Position numbers and translations under genes: made by a program. From Eledone cirrhosa (lineage: Eukaryota): a stretch of DNA of 64,000 nt. Below, one piece after another: positions 30,001-41,976 of the stretch; the stretch's first letter is position 1, and every line of letters begins with the position of its first letter. Location: positions 124,434,001 to 124,498,000 of the forward strand of contig OZ024744.1 of NCBI GenBank assembly GCA_964016885.1, read 5' to 3'. The notes beneath the pieces were generated by a model. It did no database searches and had not been told where the DNA came from. It saw only the letters and a list, made by a program, of their open reading frames with translations.

Positions 30001-33000
30001 GTGTGTACTGAGTACTTTTTGTTGTGACACCTACATGACTACTTTACGGTGTGGACTGGGTACTTTGTCTTGTGACACCTACATGACGACTTTGCAATGT
30101 GGACTTTGTACTTTTCGTCATGACACCTACATGACAACACAGTGTAGACTGGGTACTTTTTGTCATTTACACCTACATGACCACTTTACAGTATGTACTG
30201 GGTACTTGTTGTGCCACCTACATTACTACTTTACAGTGTGTACTGGGTTCTTGTTGTTGTGCCACTTACATCACTACTTTACAGTGTGTACTGGGTGCTT
30301 GTTGTTGTGCCACCTACATGACTACTTTACAGTATGCATTGGGTACTTTTTGTTGTAAAACCTACATGACCACTTTACAGTGTGGAATAGGTACTTTTTA
30401 TCATGACACCTTCATAACCACTTTACAGTATGTACTGAGTAATTTTTGTTGTGACACCTACATGACCACTTTACAGTTTGTACTGGCTACTTTTTGTCAT
30501 GATACCTTCATGACCACTTTACAGTATGTACTGGGTAATTTTTGTTGTGACACCTACATGACCACTTTACAGTGTGTACTGGGTACTTTTTGTTCTGACA
30601 TCTACATGACCACTTTACAGTGTGGAATGGGTACTTTTTGTGTGACACCTACATGACCACTTTCCAGTGTTTACTGGGTATTTTTTGTAATGACACCTAC
30701 ATTACCACTTTACAGTGTGTACTGGGTACTTTTTGTCGTGACACCTACATGACTATTTTACAGTGTGTACTGGGTACTTTTTGTTGTGACACCTACATGA
30801 CCACGTTACAGTTTGTACTGGGTACTTTTTGTTGTGATACCTACATGACTACTTTACTGTGTGTACTGTGTACTTTTTTTTGTGACACCTACATGACTAC
30901 ATTACAGTAGTGGATACTTTTTTTTGTGACACCTACATGACCACTTTACAGTGTGTACTTTTTGTTGTGACACCTATATGACTACTTTATAGTGTGGACT
31001 GGCAACTTTTTGTTGTGACACCTACGTAACCACTTTACAGTGTGTACTGTGTACTTTTTGTTGTAAAACCGATAATGACCACTTTACAGTGTGTACTGGG
31101 TATTTTTTGTTGTGAGACCTACATAACCCCTTTCCAGTGTTTACTGGGTATTTTTTGTCATAACACCTACATGACCACTTTACAGTGTGTACTGGGTACT
31201 TTTTGTTGTGACACCTACATGATTCCTTTACAGTGTGTACTGGGTACTTTTTGTTGTGACGCCTACATGACCACTTTACAGTGTGTACTGGGTACTTTTT
31301 GTCATTACACCTACATGACCACTTTACAGTAGGGACTGGGTACTTTTTGTTGTGACATCTACATGACCACTTCACAGTGTGGAATGGGTACTTTTTGTTG
31401 TGACACCTACATGACCACTTTACTGTGTGTACTGGGTACTTTTTGTCGTGACACCTACATGACTACTTTACAGTGTGGACTGGGTAATTTATGTCATGAC
31501 ACCTACATGACCACACTGTGTAGACTGGGTACTTTATGTCATAACACCTACATGACCATTTTACAGTATGTACTGGGTACTTGTTGTGCCACCTACATGA
31601 CTACTTTACAGTGTGTACTTGGTACTATTTGTCATGACACCTACATGACCACTTTACTGTGTGTACTGGGGACTTTTTGTTGTGACACCTACATGACCAC
31701 TTTACTGTGTGTACTGGGTACTTTTTGTAGTGACAAACCAATGACTACTTTACAGTGTGGACTGGGTAATTTATGTCATGACACCTACATGACCACACAG
31801 TGTGTACTGGATACTTTTTGTCATAACACCTACATGACCACTTTACAGTATGTACTGTGTACTTGTTGTGACACCTACATGACTACTTTACAGTGTGGAA
31901 TGGGTACTTTTTGTCATGACACCTTCATGACCACTTTACAGTATGTACTGGGTACTTTTTGTTGTGACACCTACATGACCACTTTACAGTGTGTACTGGG
32001 TACTTTTTGTTGTGACACCTACATGACCACTTTATATAACCACTTTACAGTGTGTACTGGGTACTTTTTGTTGTGACACCTATATGACCACTTTACAGTG
32101 TGTACTGGGTACTTTTTGTTGTGACACCTACATGACCATTTTACAGTGTGTACTGGGTACTTTTTGTTGGGACACCTACATAACTACTTTACAGTGTATA
32201 CTCGGTACTTTTTGTTGTGACACCTATATGACCACTTTCCAGTGTTTACTGGGTATTTGTTGTCATGACACCTACATGACCACTTTACAGTGTGTACTGG
32301 GTATTTTTTATAATGACACCTACATGACCACTTTACAGTGTGTACTGGGTACTTTTTGTTGTTACACCTACATGACCACTTTACAGTGTGTACTGGGTAC
32401 TTTTTTTTGTGACACCTACATGACCACTTTACAGTAGGGACTGGGTACTTTTTGTTGTGACATCTACATGACCACTTCACAGTGTGGAATGGGTACTTTT
32501 TGTTGTGACACCTACATGACCACTTTACAGTGTGTGCTGTGTACTTTGTGTTGACACCTACATGACCACTTTCCAGTGTGGACTGGGTACTTTTTGTCAT
32601 GACACCTACATGACCACTTTACAGTGTGTACAGGGTACTTTTTGTTGTGATACCTACTTGACTACTTTACAGTGTATACTGGGTACTTTTTGTTGTGACA
32701 TCTACATGACCACTTTACAGTGTGTACTGGGTACTTTTTGTAATGACACCTACATGACCACATTATAGTGTGTACTGGGTACTTTTGTCATGACAGTTAC
32801 ATGACCACTTTACAGTGTGGAATGGGTACTTTTTGTTGTTACACCTACATTACCACTTTACAGTGTGTACTCGGTACCTTTTGTCATGATACCTACATGA
32901 CCACTTTCCAGTGTGTACTGTGTTCTTTTGTTGTGACATCTACATGACCACTTTACAGTGTGGAATGGGTACTTTTTGTTGTGACACCTACATGACCACT

Positions 33001-33385
33001 CAACAGTGTGTACTGGGTACTTTTTGTTGTGAGATCTACATGAACAATTTACAATGTGTACTGGGTACTTCTTGTTGTGACACCTACATACTACATTTCA
33101 GTGTGTACTGTGTAGTTTTTGTTGTAAAACCTACTGACCACTTTCCAGTGTTTACTGGGTATTTTTTGTCATGTCACCTACATGACCACTTTACAGTGTG
33201 TACTGGGTACTTTTTGTCATGATACCTACAAGACCACTTTACAGTGTGTACTGGGTTCTTTTTGTTGTGACACCTACATGACTACTTTACAGTGTGTACT
33301 GGGTACTTTTTGTTATGGTACCTACATGACCACTTTACAGTGTGTACTGGGTACTTTTTGTTGTGACACCTACATGACCACACAG
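1..33385. repeat. 48-bp satellite array (about 700 monomers, runs off the left edge), consensus GACACCTACATGACCACTTTACAGTGTGTACTGGGTACTTTTTGTTGT; inferred to lie in a PIK3R4 intron
   Basis: Continuous tandem repetition with 48-bp period (45- and 47-bp variants). It ends in (TG)n(TA)n at ~33384-33407, about 55 bp before the exon acceptor at 33442-33443. Confidence 0.98.
22735..32430. repeat. ~3.1 kb higher-order repeat (about 3 near-identical copies) within the 48-bp satellite
   Basis: Rare landmark variants recur at 3096-3098 bp spacing: ACCACTTTATATAACCAC at ~22735/25831/28928/32026 and CAGTAGTGGATAC at ~24710/27807/30905. Identical ORFs start at 24425, 27522 and 30620. Confidence 0.93.
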
Positions 33386-33443
33386 TGTGTGTGTGTGTAT
33401 ATATATACACAGACTTATTCATACTTTTTTTTTTAACGTTTAG

Positions 33444-33535
33444 GTTAGAATCAGGAAAAGTGACTGCTGCCACAACTCACAATGTCGATGTCTCTAAATA
33501 TGGTTATGTCGTTGACATGAATTTCTTTGATTCTG
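33444..33535 (+). CDS. PIK3R4: PIK3R4/VPS15 internal exon A (LESGKVTAATTHNVDVSKYGYVVDMNFFDSG)
   Basis: tttag acceptor and gtaagt donor; 92 nt; phase matches the next exon. GYVVDMNFFDSG corresponds to the recalled vertebrate GCVVDMHHFNSG. Confidence 0.88.
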
Positions 33536-33682
33536 GTAAGTAACTTGGTTATTTATTTCTATTTCAATATATTGATTGCTATATATTGATTTAACAATTG
33601 CTATTCATTCTTTCATCATCACATCACTCACAAGCTCCCTCCACTACCCTCACCATAACACTCATGTTACACTTAAATATAT

Positions 33683-33826
33683 CATCATTATCACCATTAT
33701 ATATCCATTTCTTCACACTAGCATGGGTTACATGACTTATCTTGTTGTAGGCAATGCCAGATCAAGTGATCATGTCTCGTTCATACAGAACTAATTTTGG
33801 CTTCGTTTCTACAGCTGGAGTCCCTT
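33683..33826 (-). mobile_element. Degenerate RTE-type 3' tail fragment
   Basis: catcattatcacc...CTAGCATGGGTTA...CATACAGAACTAATTTTGGCTT..TTTCTACAGCTGGA matches the RTE 3' end at 34732-34890. Confidence 0.7.
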
Positions 33827-33833
33827 ATATATA

Positions 33834-34718
<885 letters not shown>

Positions 34719-34731
34719 TATATATGTGTGT

Positions 34732-37700
34732 CATCATCATCATCATCATCATCACCGTTTTACGTCCGTTCTTCCACGCTAGCATGGGTTAGACGGGTTG
34801 TCCTGTTGTGGGCAGTGTCTGGTCGGCTGACCATGCCTTGCTCATACAGGAACTGATTTGGCTTGATTTCTACAGCTGGATGCCCTTCCTAACACCAACC
34901 TCATTTACAGTGAGTGCTGGGTGCTTTTTCGTGGCGCCTACACGTCCACTTTACAGTGTGGGCTGGGTGCTTTTTTGCCGTGGCATCTCCACGACTACCT
35001 TGCGGTGGGGGGTGTGGAGGCATATTGTCTATATGCTTCAGCTTGTACCCATGGGAGGTCGGGTACTCTGTATTACTGCGTGACGCCAGAAGTCACGGTC
35101 GTGTGTCATTGTCTTTGAGAGGTGTAATTGAGTAAGGTCGGCTTTTATCACCTCATCCCAGGTCATCTTGGGTCTCCCCACTACGCGGTTTCCATCGACT
35201 TCTAGTGCTCTGCACCTTTTTATGCAGCTGTCATCCTTCATACGCATCACATGTCCATACCAGCGCAACTGCGTCTCCTGCACACAGCATTTGATTCCTC
35301 TTATGCTCAGTCTCTCTCTCAATTCATTTATGCTTTGTCGTTCGCGTATATTACTGTTACACATCCATCGGAGCATGCAGGCTTCGTTTCTCTCTAATCT
35401 ACGTAAGTCTTCCACCTTCAGTGCCCAGGTCTCACTACCATGCAACATTGCTGTTCGGATACACGCATCATACAGTCTGCCTTTCATTCTGAGGGAGAAG
35501 CCTTTTGCAGCTAGCAGTGGTAGTAGTTCCCTAAACTTCTTCCATAAGACTTCCCGTCTTACCCTAGTTATTGTACTTTCTGAACACCCACCTCCGCTGC
35601 TAATTCGGTCACCTAGGTAGCAGAAGCTGTCTACTGTTTCTACAGAGCCCTTGGTGGTACTTGTTTCCTGTGGCTGTTTGCTGCTTGCTGTCTCAGCACA
35701 GCTGCTGCATGTGAAGCCTACATTCTTAATTAAGCTTCCTGAGATCCCGCTACATCTCTTGTGTACCCATTGTTTGCATTTGGGGCAGAGAATGGAGTTC
35801 CTACCTACACCTTTCCTACATACTGAGCAAGGCCATTTCCCTGAGGGGATCTGGGTTCTGTTTTCTCGTCTACTTACAAGGACCTTAGTCTTAGAGACCC
35901 TTTCTTTCTAGTCCCTGCTTCCAAGTTTGGAATTTATTCTCTAGTTCTACCATAGATTCAGCTATGAGTGCAAGGTCATCAGCATACAGGAGTTCCCATG
36001 GGCATCCGGTCTTAAACTCCTCCGTTATTGCCTGCAGGACTATGATGAACAGGAGGGGGCTAAGAACAGAGCCCTGGTGGACCCCAACCTGTACGCTAAA
36101 TTCCTCGCTATACTCATTGCTTATCCTAACTTTGCTGACTGCTCCCCTATACATGGCTTGTACCGCTTTCACAAGCCATTCATCTACTCCTAGTTTTCTA
36201 AGAGCCCACCAGATTACAGCACGTGGAACTCTGTCAAAGGCTTTCTCAAGGTCGACAAATGCCAAGTAGAGTGGCTTACTTTTAGCTAGGTACTTTTCCT
36301 GTAATTGCCTCACAAGGAAGAGGGCATCAGTGGTGCCTCTTCCTGGTACAAACCCAAATTGCATCTCGTCTATTTCCACCTGGCCCCTAATCAACTGTGC
36401 TATAACTCTTTCTGTTACTTTCATGACCTGGTCCATCAACTTTATACCTCAATAGTTTCCTCTATCTAGTGCATCGCCTTTACCTTTGTAGCAGTTGACA
36501 CTGATGCTACTGCACCAATCTTTTGGTATGACACATTCTAGTATTACCTGGTTAACAATACGTGTGGTTATAGTGTGACCTACAGAACCAGATGCCTTCA
36601 GCATCTCGGCAGCTATACCCGATGGACCGGTTGCCTTCCCCATCTTCATATCTTTGATTGCCTTACTTACTACATTGCTGCTGACTTGTACTGCTGGCCC
36701 CTCTATAGGGTCTACTTGGGGTAGGGTCTCTTCTTCCCATGCATTCTCCTCATTTAGTAATCTATCATAATGATTCTTCCATGCATCTTTCTTCTCAGCA
36801 CTTGTGAGGACAAGCTCACCTTTATCATTCCGGATAGACTTCTCTCCAATGACATCACAACTATCTCTGACACACTGCCTCGCAATCTTGAACACCTCCT
36901 GTTTCTGGTCCTCACGTTGCAAAACATGCTTGAATTTTCTATCCTCTGCTTCCCTCCTAGCTAAATATACTTGTCGCCTAGCTTCCCTCTTGGTCTCTAT
37001 GTAATGTATCCTGCTCCCCCCATTCTTCCATTCTTTCCATGCCTGTCTCTTGGCCTTAACTGCCTCATCTACCTTATTGTTCCACCACCAAGTCACTCTC
37101 CTCCTGCTTGAGGTCTTACTCCAGCCACAGACCTCATCCGTCGCCTCTAGTAAGTTATATTTTAGGAACTCCCAGTTCTCTTCTACATTGAATGTCTCTA
37201 TCTGTTCTTCTTTACTGTCGTAGGCGTTGAGTAAAATATCTTTAAATCTGTTACTGGTTGAGGGGACTTTCAGCTTCCAGATCTTTCTTCTCCAGGTTGG
37301 CCTCTGTTTCCAGGTTCGTCTAGTTCTGACCGTGAGGTCACTGACAACTAAGCTATGTTGGGATGTACATTCCTCACTAGGGAAGGTTTTTGTGTTTACG
37401 ACCGTCCATCTGTCACGTCCTCTGATGAGGATAAACTCTATCTGACTGGAGTGCTCAACTGATCTATAGGTGATCAGGTGGTTGTCGGGTTTTTTAAAGT
37501 TTGTGTTACATATCGACATGTCATTGGCGTCGCAAAATTCTAGAAGTCAGAATCCTTTCTCATTTCTTGTGCCAACCCCATGGCCTCCATGTACTCTATT
37601 GAAGCCGTCGCAGTGTTTACCTACGTGTCCGTTAAAATCTCCTGTGATGATTAGGAAGTCATTGTCGTCTGTTAGAGCAGTAGTGTGCATTAGGGACTCG

Positions 37701-37768
37701 TAAAACCTATCCTTAAGTTCGTCTGGCAGCCCCAATTAGGGTTCGTAAGCTGATATTATTGTGGTAAT
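34732..37768 (-). mobile_element. RTE-clade LINE copy 1, 5'-truncated within the APE domain, multiple frameshifts
   Basis: APE motif GDFNGHVG; RT motifs FVDLEKAFD, GVHQGSVLSP, LLYADD; C-terminal LRWYGHV..GRP. (CAT)n tail at 34732-34754 and candidate TSD TGTGTGT (34725-34731 / 37769-37775). Confidence 0.93.
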
Positions 37769-37772
37769 TGTG

Positions 37773-37818
37773 TGTATATATATATATGTGTTTGTATATA
37801 TATATATGTGTGTGTGTG

Positions 37819-37883
<65 letters not shown>

Positions 37884-37884
37884 A
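37773..37884. repeat. (TA)n/(TG)n microsatellite flanking the Penelope-like insertion
   Basis: Directly visible; a matching (TA)n tract lies on the other side at ~43637-43683. Confidence 0.9.
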
Positions 37885-40800
37885 TTGTTATACTTTGGGA
37901 GGGTCATGTTGCCAATAAGAAACACACGCACCAGTTGCTTTCACTTCAATTTATTATATATTTATAAATTTACAAATCTACAAACTTATAAATTTCTGGT
38001 TGGTTGGTTGGTTCCACAACCAGATAGTTGTTTATATATAGTCATAGTCCTTTCGTCACACACTCTGTGACCTCTTCAGTGACTGGGGATTCCTTTCTTT
38101 GTTTCTGTGCCTTTCCTTTCTTCTGTCCTACGCCATTTTGTTTCTGTGTGTGTGTTGTGTGCTCAGTTTGCGCATGCGCCACATCCGGGTGTCTGTGTGT
38201 GTTTGTGTTCATTTATCTATTTGTTTATTTCTTTACATGTTGTTGGTTGGTTGTTTGTTCTATGTGTGTGTGTGTTTTCATTTTGTCCTTAATTGTAAGT
38301 TGTGATGTTGCTGTTCCACTCATATTTTCTATTTAATTTTGGTTGTAATTCTTTTATGCTTACTGCCTCTGTAATTTGCCTAAACATTGCATCTTTTCTG
38401 TGTGTGGATTCTATTTTTATTTCTATGTTCTCTAATTTACCCTTGTGTTCTATCTTAGCATGTTGGTAGAGTACAGATGATTCTTTATTATCTTGAAGGT
38501 CTCGCCAGTGTTCATTTATCCGTTCCCCTATACTACGAGCTGTCTCACCTATGTACACTATATTTTTGTTTCTACATTGTCCTTCAGTACATCTTATGCT
38601 ATACACTACATTTCTAGTTTTACAGTTAATATGGGGGCTTATTTTACAGGTTATACATTTCTTATCTATACATGAGGGTCTTTGGAACGGGTATGTCTTG
38701 CTAATAAGTGTTTTTATGGAGGTACCTGGTCTTTCTACTATCTTAATATTGAGTTTATGTTTATTTAGGACCCTTCTAAATTTGTAGGCTAGTTCGCCTC
38801 TAGGGTTGTATTGATGAACATTACACTCTGGTATTTATTGCTATCATACCATGAGTTTATTCTGTTGGCCTTGTTCCTAGTTCTTTCTATTCTATTCCAA
38901 AATTTGCTCCTATACAAGGGGCAGGTCCCATTTATGTCATTATTTACCATTTTTTCCCATTTGGTTCTGGCTCCTCTATACACTCTGATTCTATCTCTCT
39001 GATTGTAGCCAGAGAACTGCATACGGTGGATGAAGTGTTGTATGTGACTCTCTAGTTCTTCGGGATTGCACATGCGGGACACATTTCTCATCACCCGTAC
39101 CAAATCCGCAATCAGTATGTTGATTTCGGTATGGTCCGAAATGGCTGAGTTTCGGTGGATCAGATGTTTGGAAGTCATGGGTTTGGCATAATGGGAATGG
39201 AGGATTTGTTTTTGGTTGTTAATGGTATCTAACCAGAGCTCTGTGTCTAGTACAGGTAATCGATGGTTGGGGTGTCTACTTGGGTAGTCTATAGTAACTC
39301 TAATGCTCTGGTGGATGGAGTTTGCTATTTGCTGGATGCTTTCCATTGTGTTTTTCTCTAGTTCCTGACTGTTCTCTAGTGGGAGTGTCTTAACTACGAT
39401 GTTTATATCATCTACGTAGCGGGAGTACATTATCAGGGTTAAGCTGTCTTCTAATTGTTCTTTAAGTTTAAGTCTACTGTCCCACCATACCATGAATAAG
39501 TTAGCTATGTCGCCTGCAATGCTAACACCAATGGCTGCTCCTTCCTCTTGGGCATATGTTTTTCCATTAAATTTGAACATATGTTCCTTAAGGGTTAATT
39601 TTATGCTGGCCCCTACCGCATGTGCAATCATTTTCTTCAGTTCATCGTGGTTTTCGGGTGTCCGTATGGCTCTGGTCCACCCGTTCCATCTATCTGTGTG
39701 GGTTTTCTTGGCCATAGAGGTAATGGTAGGTGGTCTGCCTCTTGCTGGTCTTGTAGGGCACAGGTTGCTAAGGTCATAAGTGTCTAGGTAACTATTACTA
39801 TGGGTAAGCTTAAGTAGAAGTCCCAGCTCACTGGTATCAATCCCACGGAACTCAACCTTGCTCTCGCTGATCATTTCTACGCATTTCTCCACAGCAAAAT
39901 CCACGTCAATAGATGGATACAGGGACACAACATCCATACTGCCTATTATGCAGTTTGTTGGGTCCCCAGATCGGTTACTCACGCCGATTCTGCTGAGGAG
40001 GTCCTCCGTGCTGTCACATACATCTGGAGACATCTCAATGATGGGGCGTATGATCAGGGAGAGGAAGTAGGACAGTCTGTAGTTACTAGCAATGTTAGCT
40101 CCACAGACTGGCCGTGTTGGTGGTCCCGCGACAGGGTCACAGCCCATTTTATGGTCTTTTCGAAGCCCATACAACGCCGGCACGTCATTGTTCCAGGCCT
40201 GGAAGTTGTTGGCAGTCCTTTTGTTGGGCTGCATTATATTCGTCCACATCACCATATGGGCATTGAGGGCTTTTTCTCTATCCTCATGCTCCTGTGGTGT
40301 TACCTCTCTTGTGTTAGTGATGTGGGGTTGCATTGCCTGGATGTAGTTTGGCAGGCTGTCAACCGACATTCTGCCAGACTTGTCTGTTGGAAAGCATGCT
40401 ATCTCTCCATTACGTGAGCGCTGCATGAGCTTACGCAAGCCATTTGCAGATTCTTCTCCCAGTTGCTGGGCCTCTATTCTATTATGCTTCTTGCTATACT
40501 GTTCTATAATATTTCTAAGCTCGGATTTAGCTATACTAAATTGTGCTTCTGTTTGTTCATCGACCTGCGACGGCAACTGCGTGCGTTTGTTAAATGGCAA
40601 AGTCGTGGCGTGGACTCGTCGCAGGTCGAATGATTTATCGGAGGGATTATAAAACGGAGAGTTCCAGGCTGCTGCTTTATGTGTACTAGTGCTATTGTTA
40701 TTGTTAGTTGTGTTGTTTCTATTTCTATTTCCACCAACAGCCTCATGGTTGTTTCTATGTCTCTCATAATTACTCCTGTCTCTTTCCACTGGCTCAATGT

Positions 40801-41976
40801 TGTTATCTACCCTATTTTGTGTGTCTGTGTGTTCGTCTTGGTTATTCTCTTTGTCCTTAGTCTCCCATCTCCTTTTCCTTTTAATCTTATTACTTTCCCT
40901 TATTTCTCTGATTTCTGTGCTACTGTCATTACTTGTTTTCTGTGTCTGTGTGTTTGTTAAGATTGTTGTGGTGGTGAGAGGCATTGAATGCGTGTGTGTT
41001 GTTGTTGATGTGTGTTGTTGTTGTCTCCGTGTGTGTTATCGTTGTTGTGTGTGTTGTTATTGTTGTTTGTGTCTGCGTGTCTGTTGTTGTTGTTTCTGGG
41101 TATGTTGCTATTGTTGTTGTTGTTGATGTGTGTGTTGTTGTTATTGTTGTTTGTGTCTGTGTGTCTGTTGTTGTTGGGATGTGTGTTGTATATGTGTGTG
41201 CGTATATTGTTGCTTTTGTTTTTGATGCTCCAGCGTAGTTTTGTAAATGATTTTTCTATTTCTGACAGACAACTAATCATATTTACCTTCTTGAATGTCG
41301 CAAATTTCGGCGGCAAATATAACACAGACATTTCATCATTATCTATTTTTGTGTTCCCATAAATGTTGGTGTTTTTGTTGTTGAACTCTTCTGATAATGA
41401 GGTGTCGCCCATGTTGATACCGTCAATTTTGTCGGGATATCTATTGGTATACTCTATAGTATCCTGATTTAGCTTTGCCTGTTTAAGCCACTTTAGTTTC
41501 CTGTTAAAGTGCTTATCACATTCTTGAGTAATGTACTGTTCTTCGGGGCGTATAAGGCTTATAAATATTAGTTTCTCTGTTGGTGTGGTGATTCTAGCTA
41601 TTTCTTGTATTAGGTTACGCTTTTGTTTTTCTTGATGACTTAATTCTCTATAGATCTTCTTTTTTATGTTTAGAATTAAAGTTCGTTTTAGCCTATCTGC
41701 TTGTTTTTTGGTGAGTTGTAATCTTCTAACGTCGGTATTGATGGTGTTGGTGTAGATTCTAGAAGAGGCACAGAGCTTTATGAAGGATAGTTGTCGAGAT
41801 GTTATGGTTTTTCGTAGACAACAGAACATGGTGGTTTTCAGTATCTTGTTAGCCTGGCTAAGGCTTACGATATTTCGTTTCTGAATTTGTTTAGCAAGAT
41901 TCTTTATCTGAAATCGTGTGTTGAAACCGATATTGTTATACTTTGGGAGGGTCATGTTGCCAATAAGAAACACACG
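37882..41976 (-). mobile_element. Penelope-like retroelement (RT + C-terminal GIY-YIG), near full length, two frame breaks; probably Naiad-type
   Basis: Motifs LYLPPKFA, PTDKSG, SMDVVSLYPSI, QEEGAAIG, YSRYVDD; Cys-rich linker; VVYSIRC...YIGETARSIGERINEH. ~47-bp terminal direct repeat (~37882-37928 and ~41930-41976). ORF pieces 41955-40957, 40984-38789 and ~38800-38289. Confidence 0.92.
38040..38084 (-). ncRNA. Minimal type-I hammerhead ribozyme motif in the PLE 3' UTR (family 1)
   Basis: AGUCA-CUGAAGA-G-GUCACA(GAGUG)UGUGAC-GAAA-GGAC-UA^UGACU: conserved core, 5-bp stem I, 6-bp stem II, one extra nucleotide after A9. Confidence 0.75.

Noticed and set aside
1-33385. Dozens of Cys-rich ORFs (MTTLQCVLGTFCCDTY)n and antisense (KWSCRCHNKKYPVHTV)n as real genes, e.g. 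metallothionein- or keratin-associated-like
   Set aside because: They follow from a 48-bp period; there are many stops and frameshifts; the monomer matches a LINE 3' UTR; and the array lies in an inferred intron.
1-33385. CRISPR array
   Set aside because: No unique spacers, no cas genes, and a spliceosomal eukaryotic context.
37422-37445. Additional CTGATGA hammerhead-core matches (also ~50459 and ~62827)
   Set aside because: No stem II followed by GAAA and no stem I; chance heptamers within RTE, intron or exon sequence.
40984-41362. Val/Cys/Leu-rich membrane protein ORFs on the + strand
   Set aside because: Antisense reading of the PLE (CAA/CA)-rich linker.
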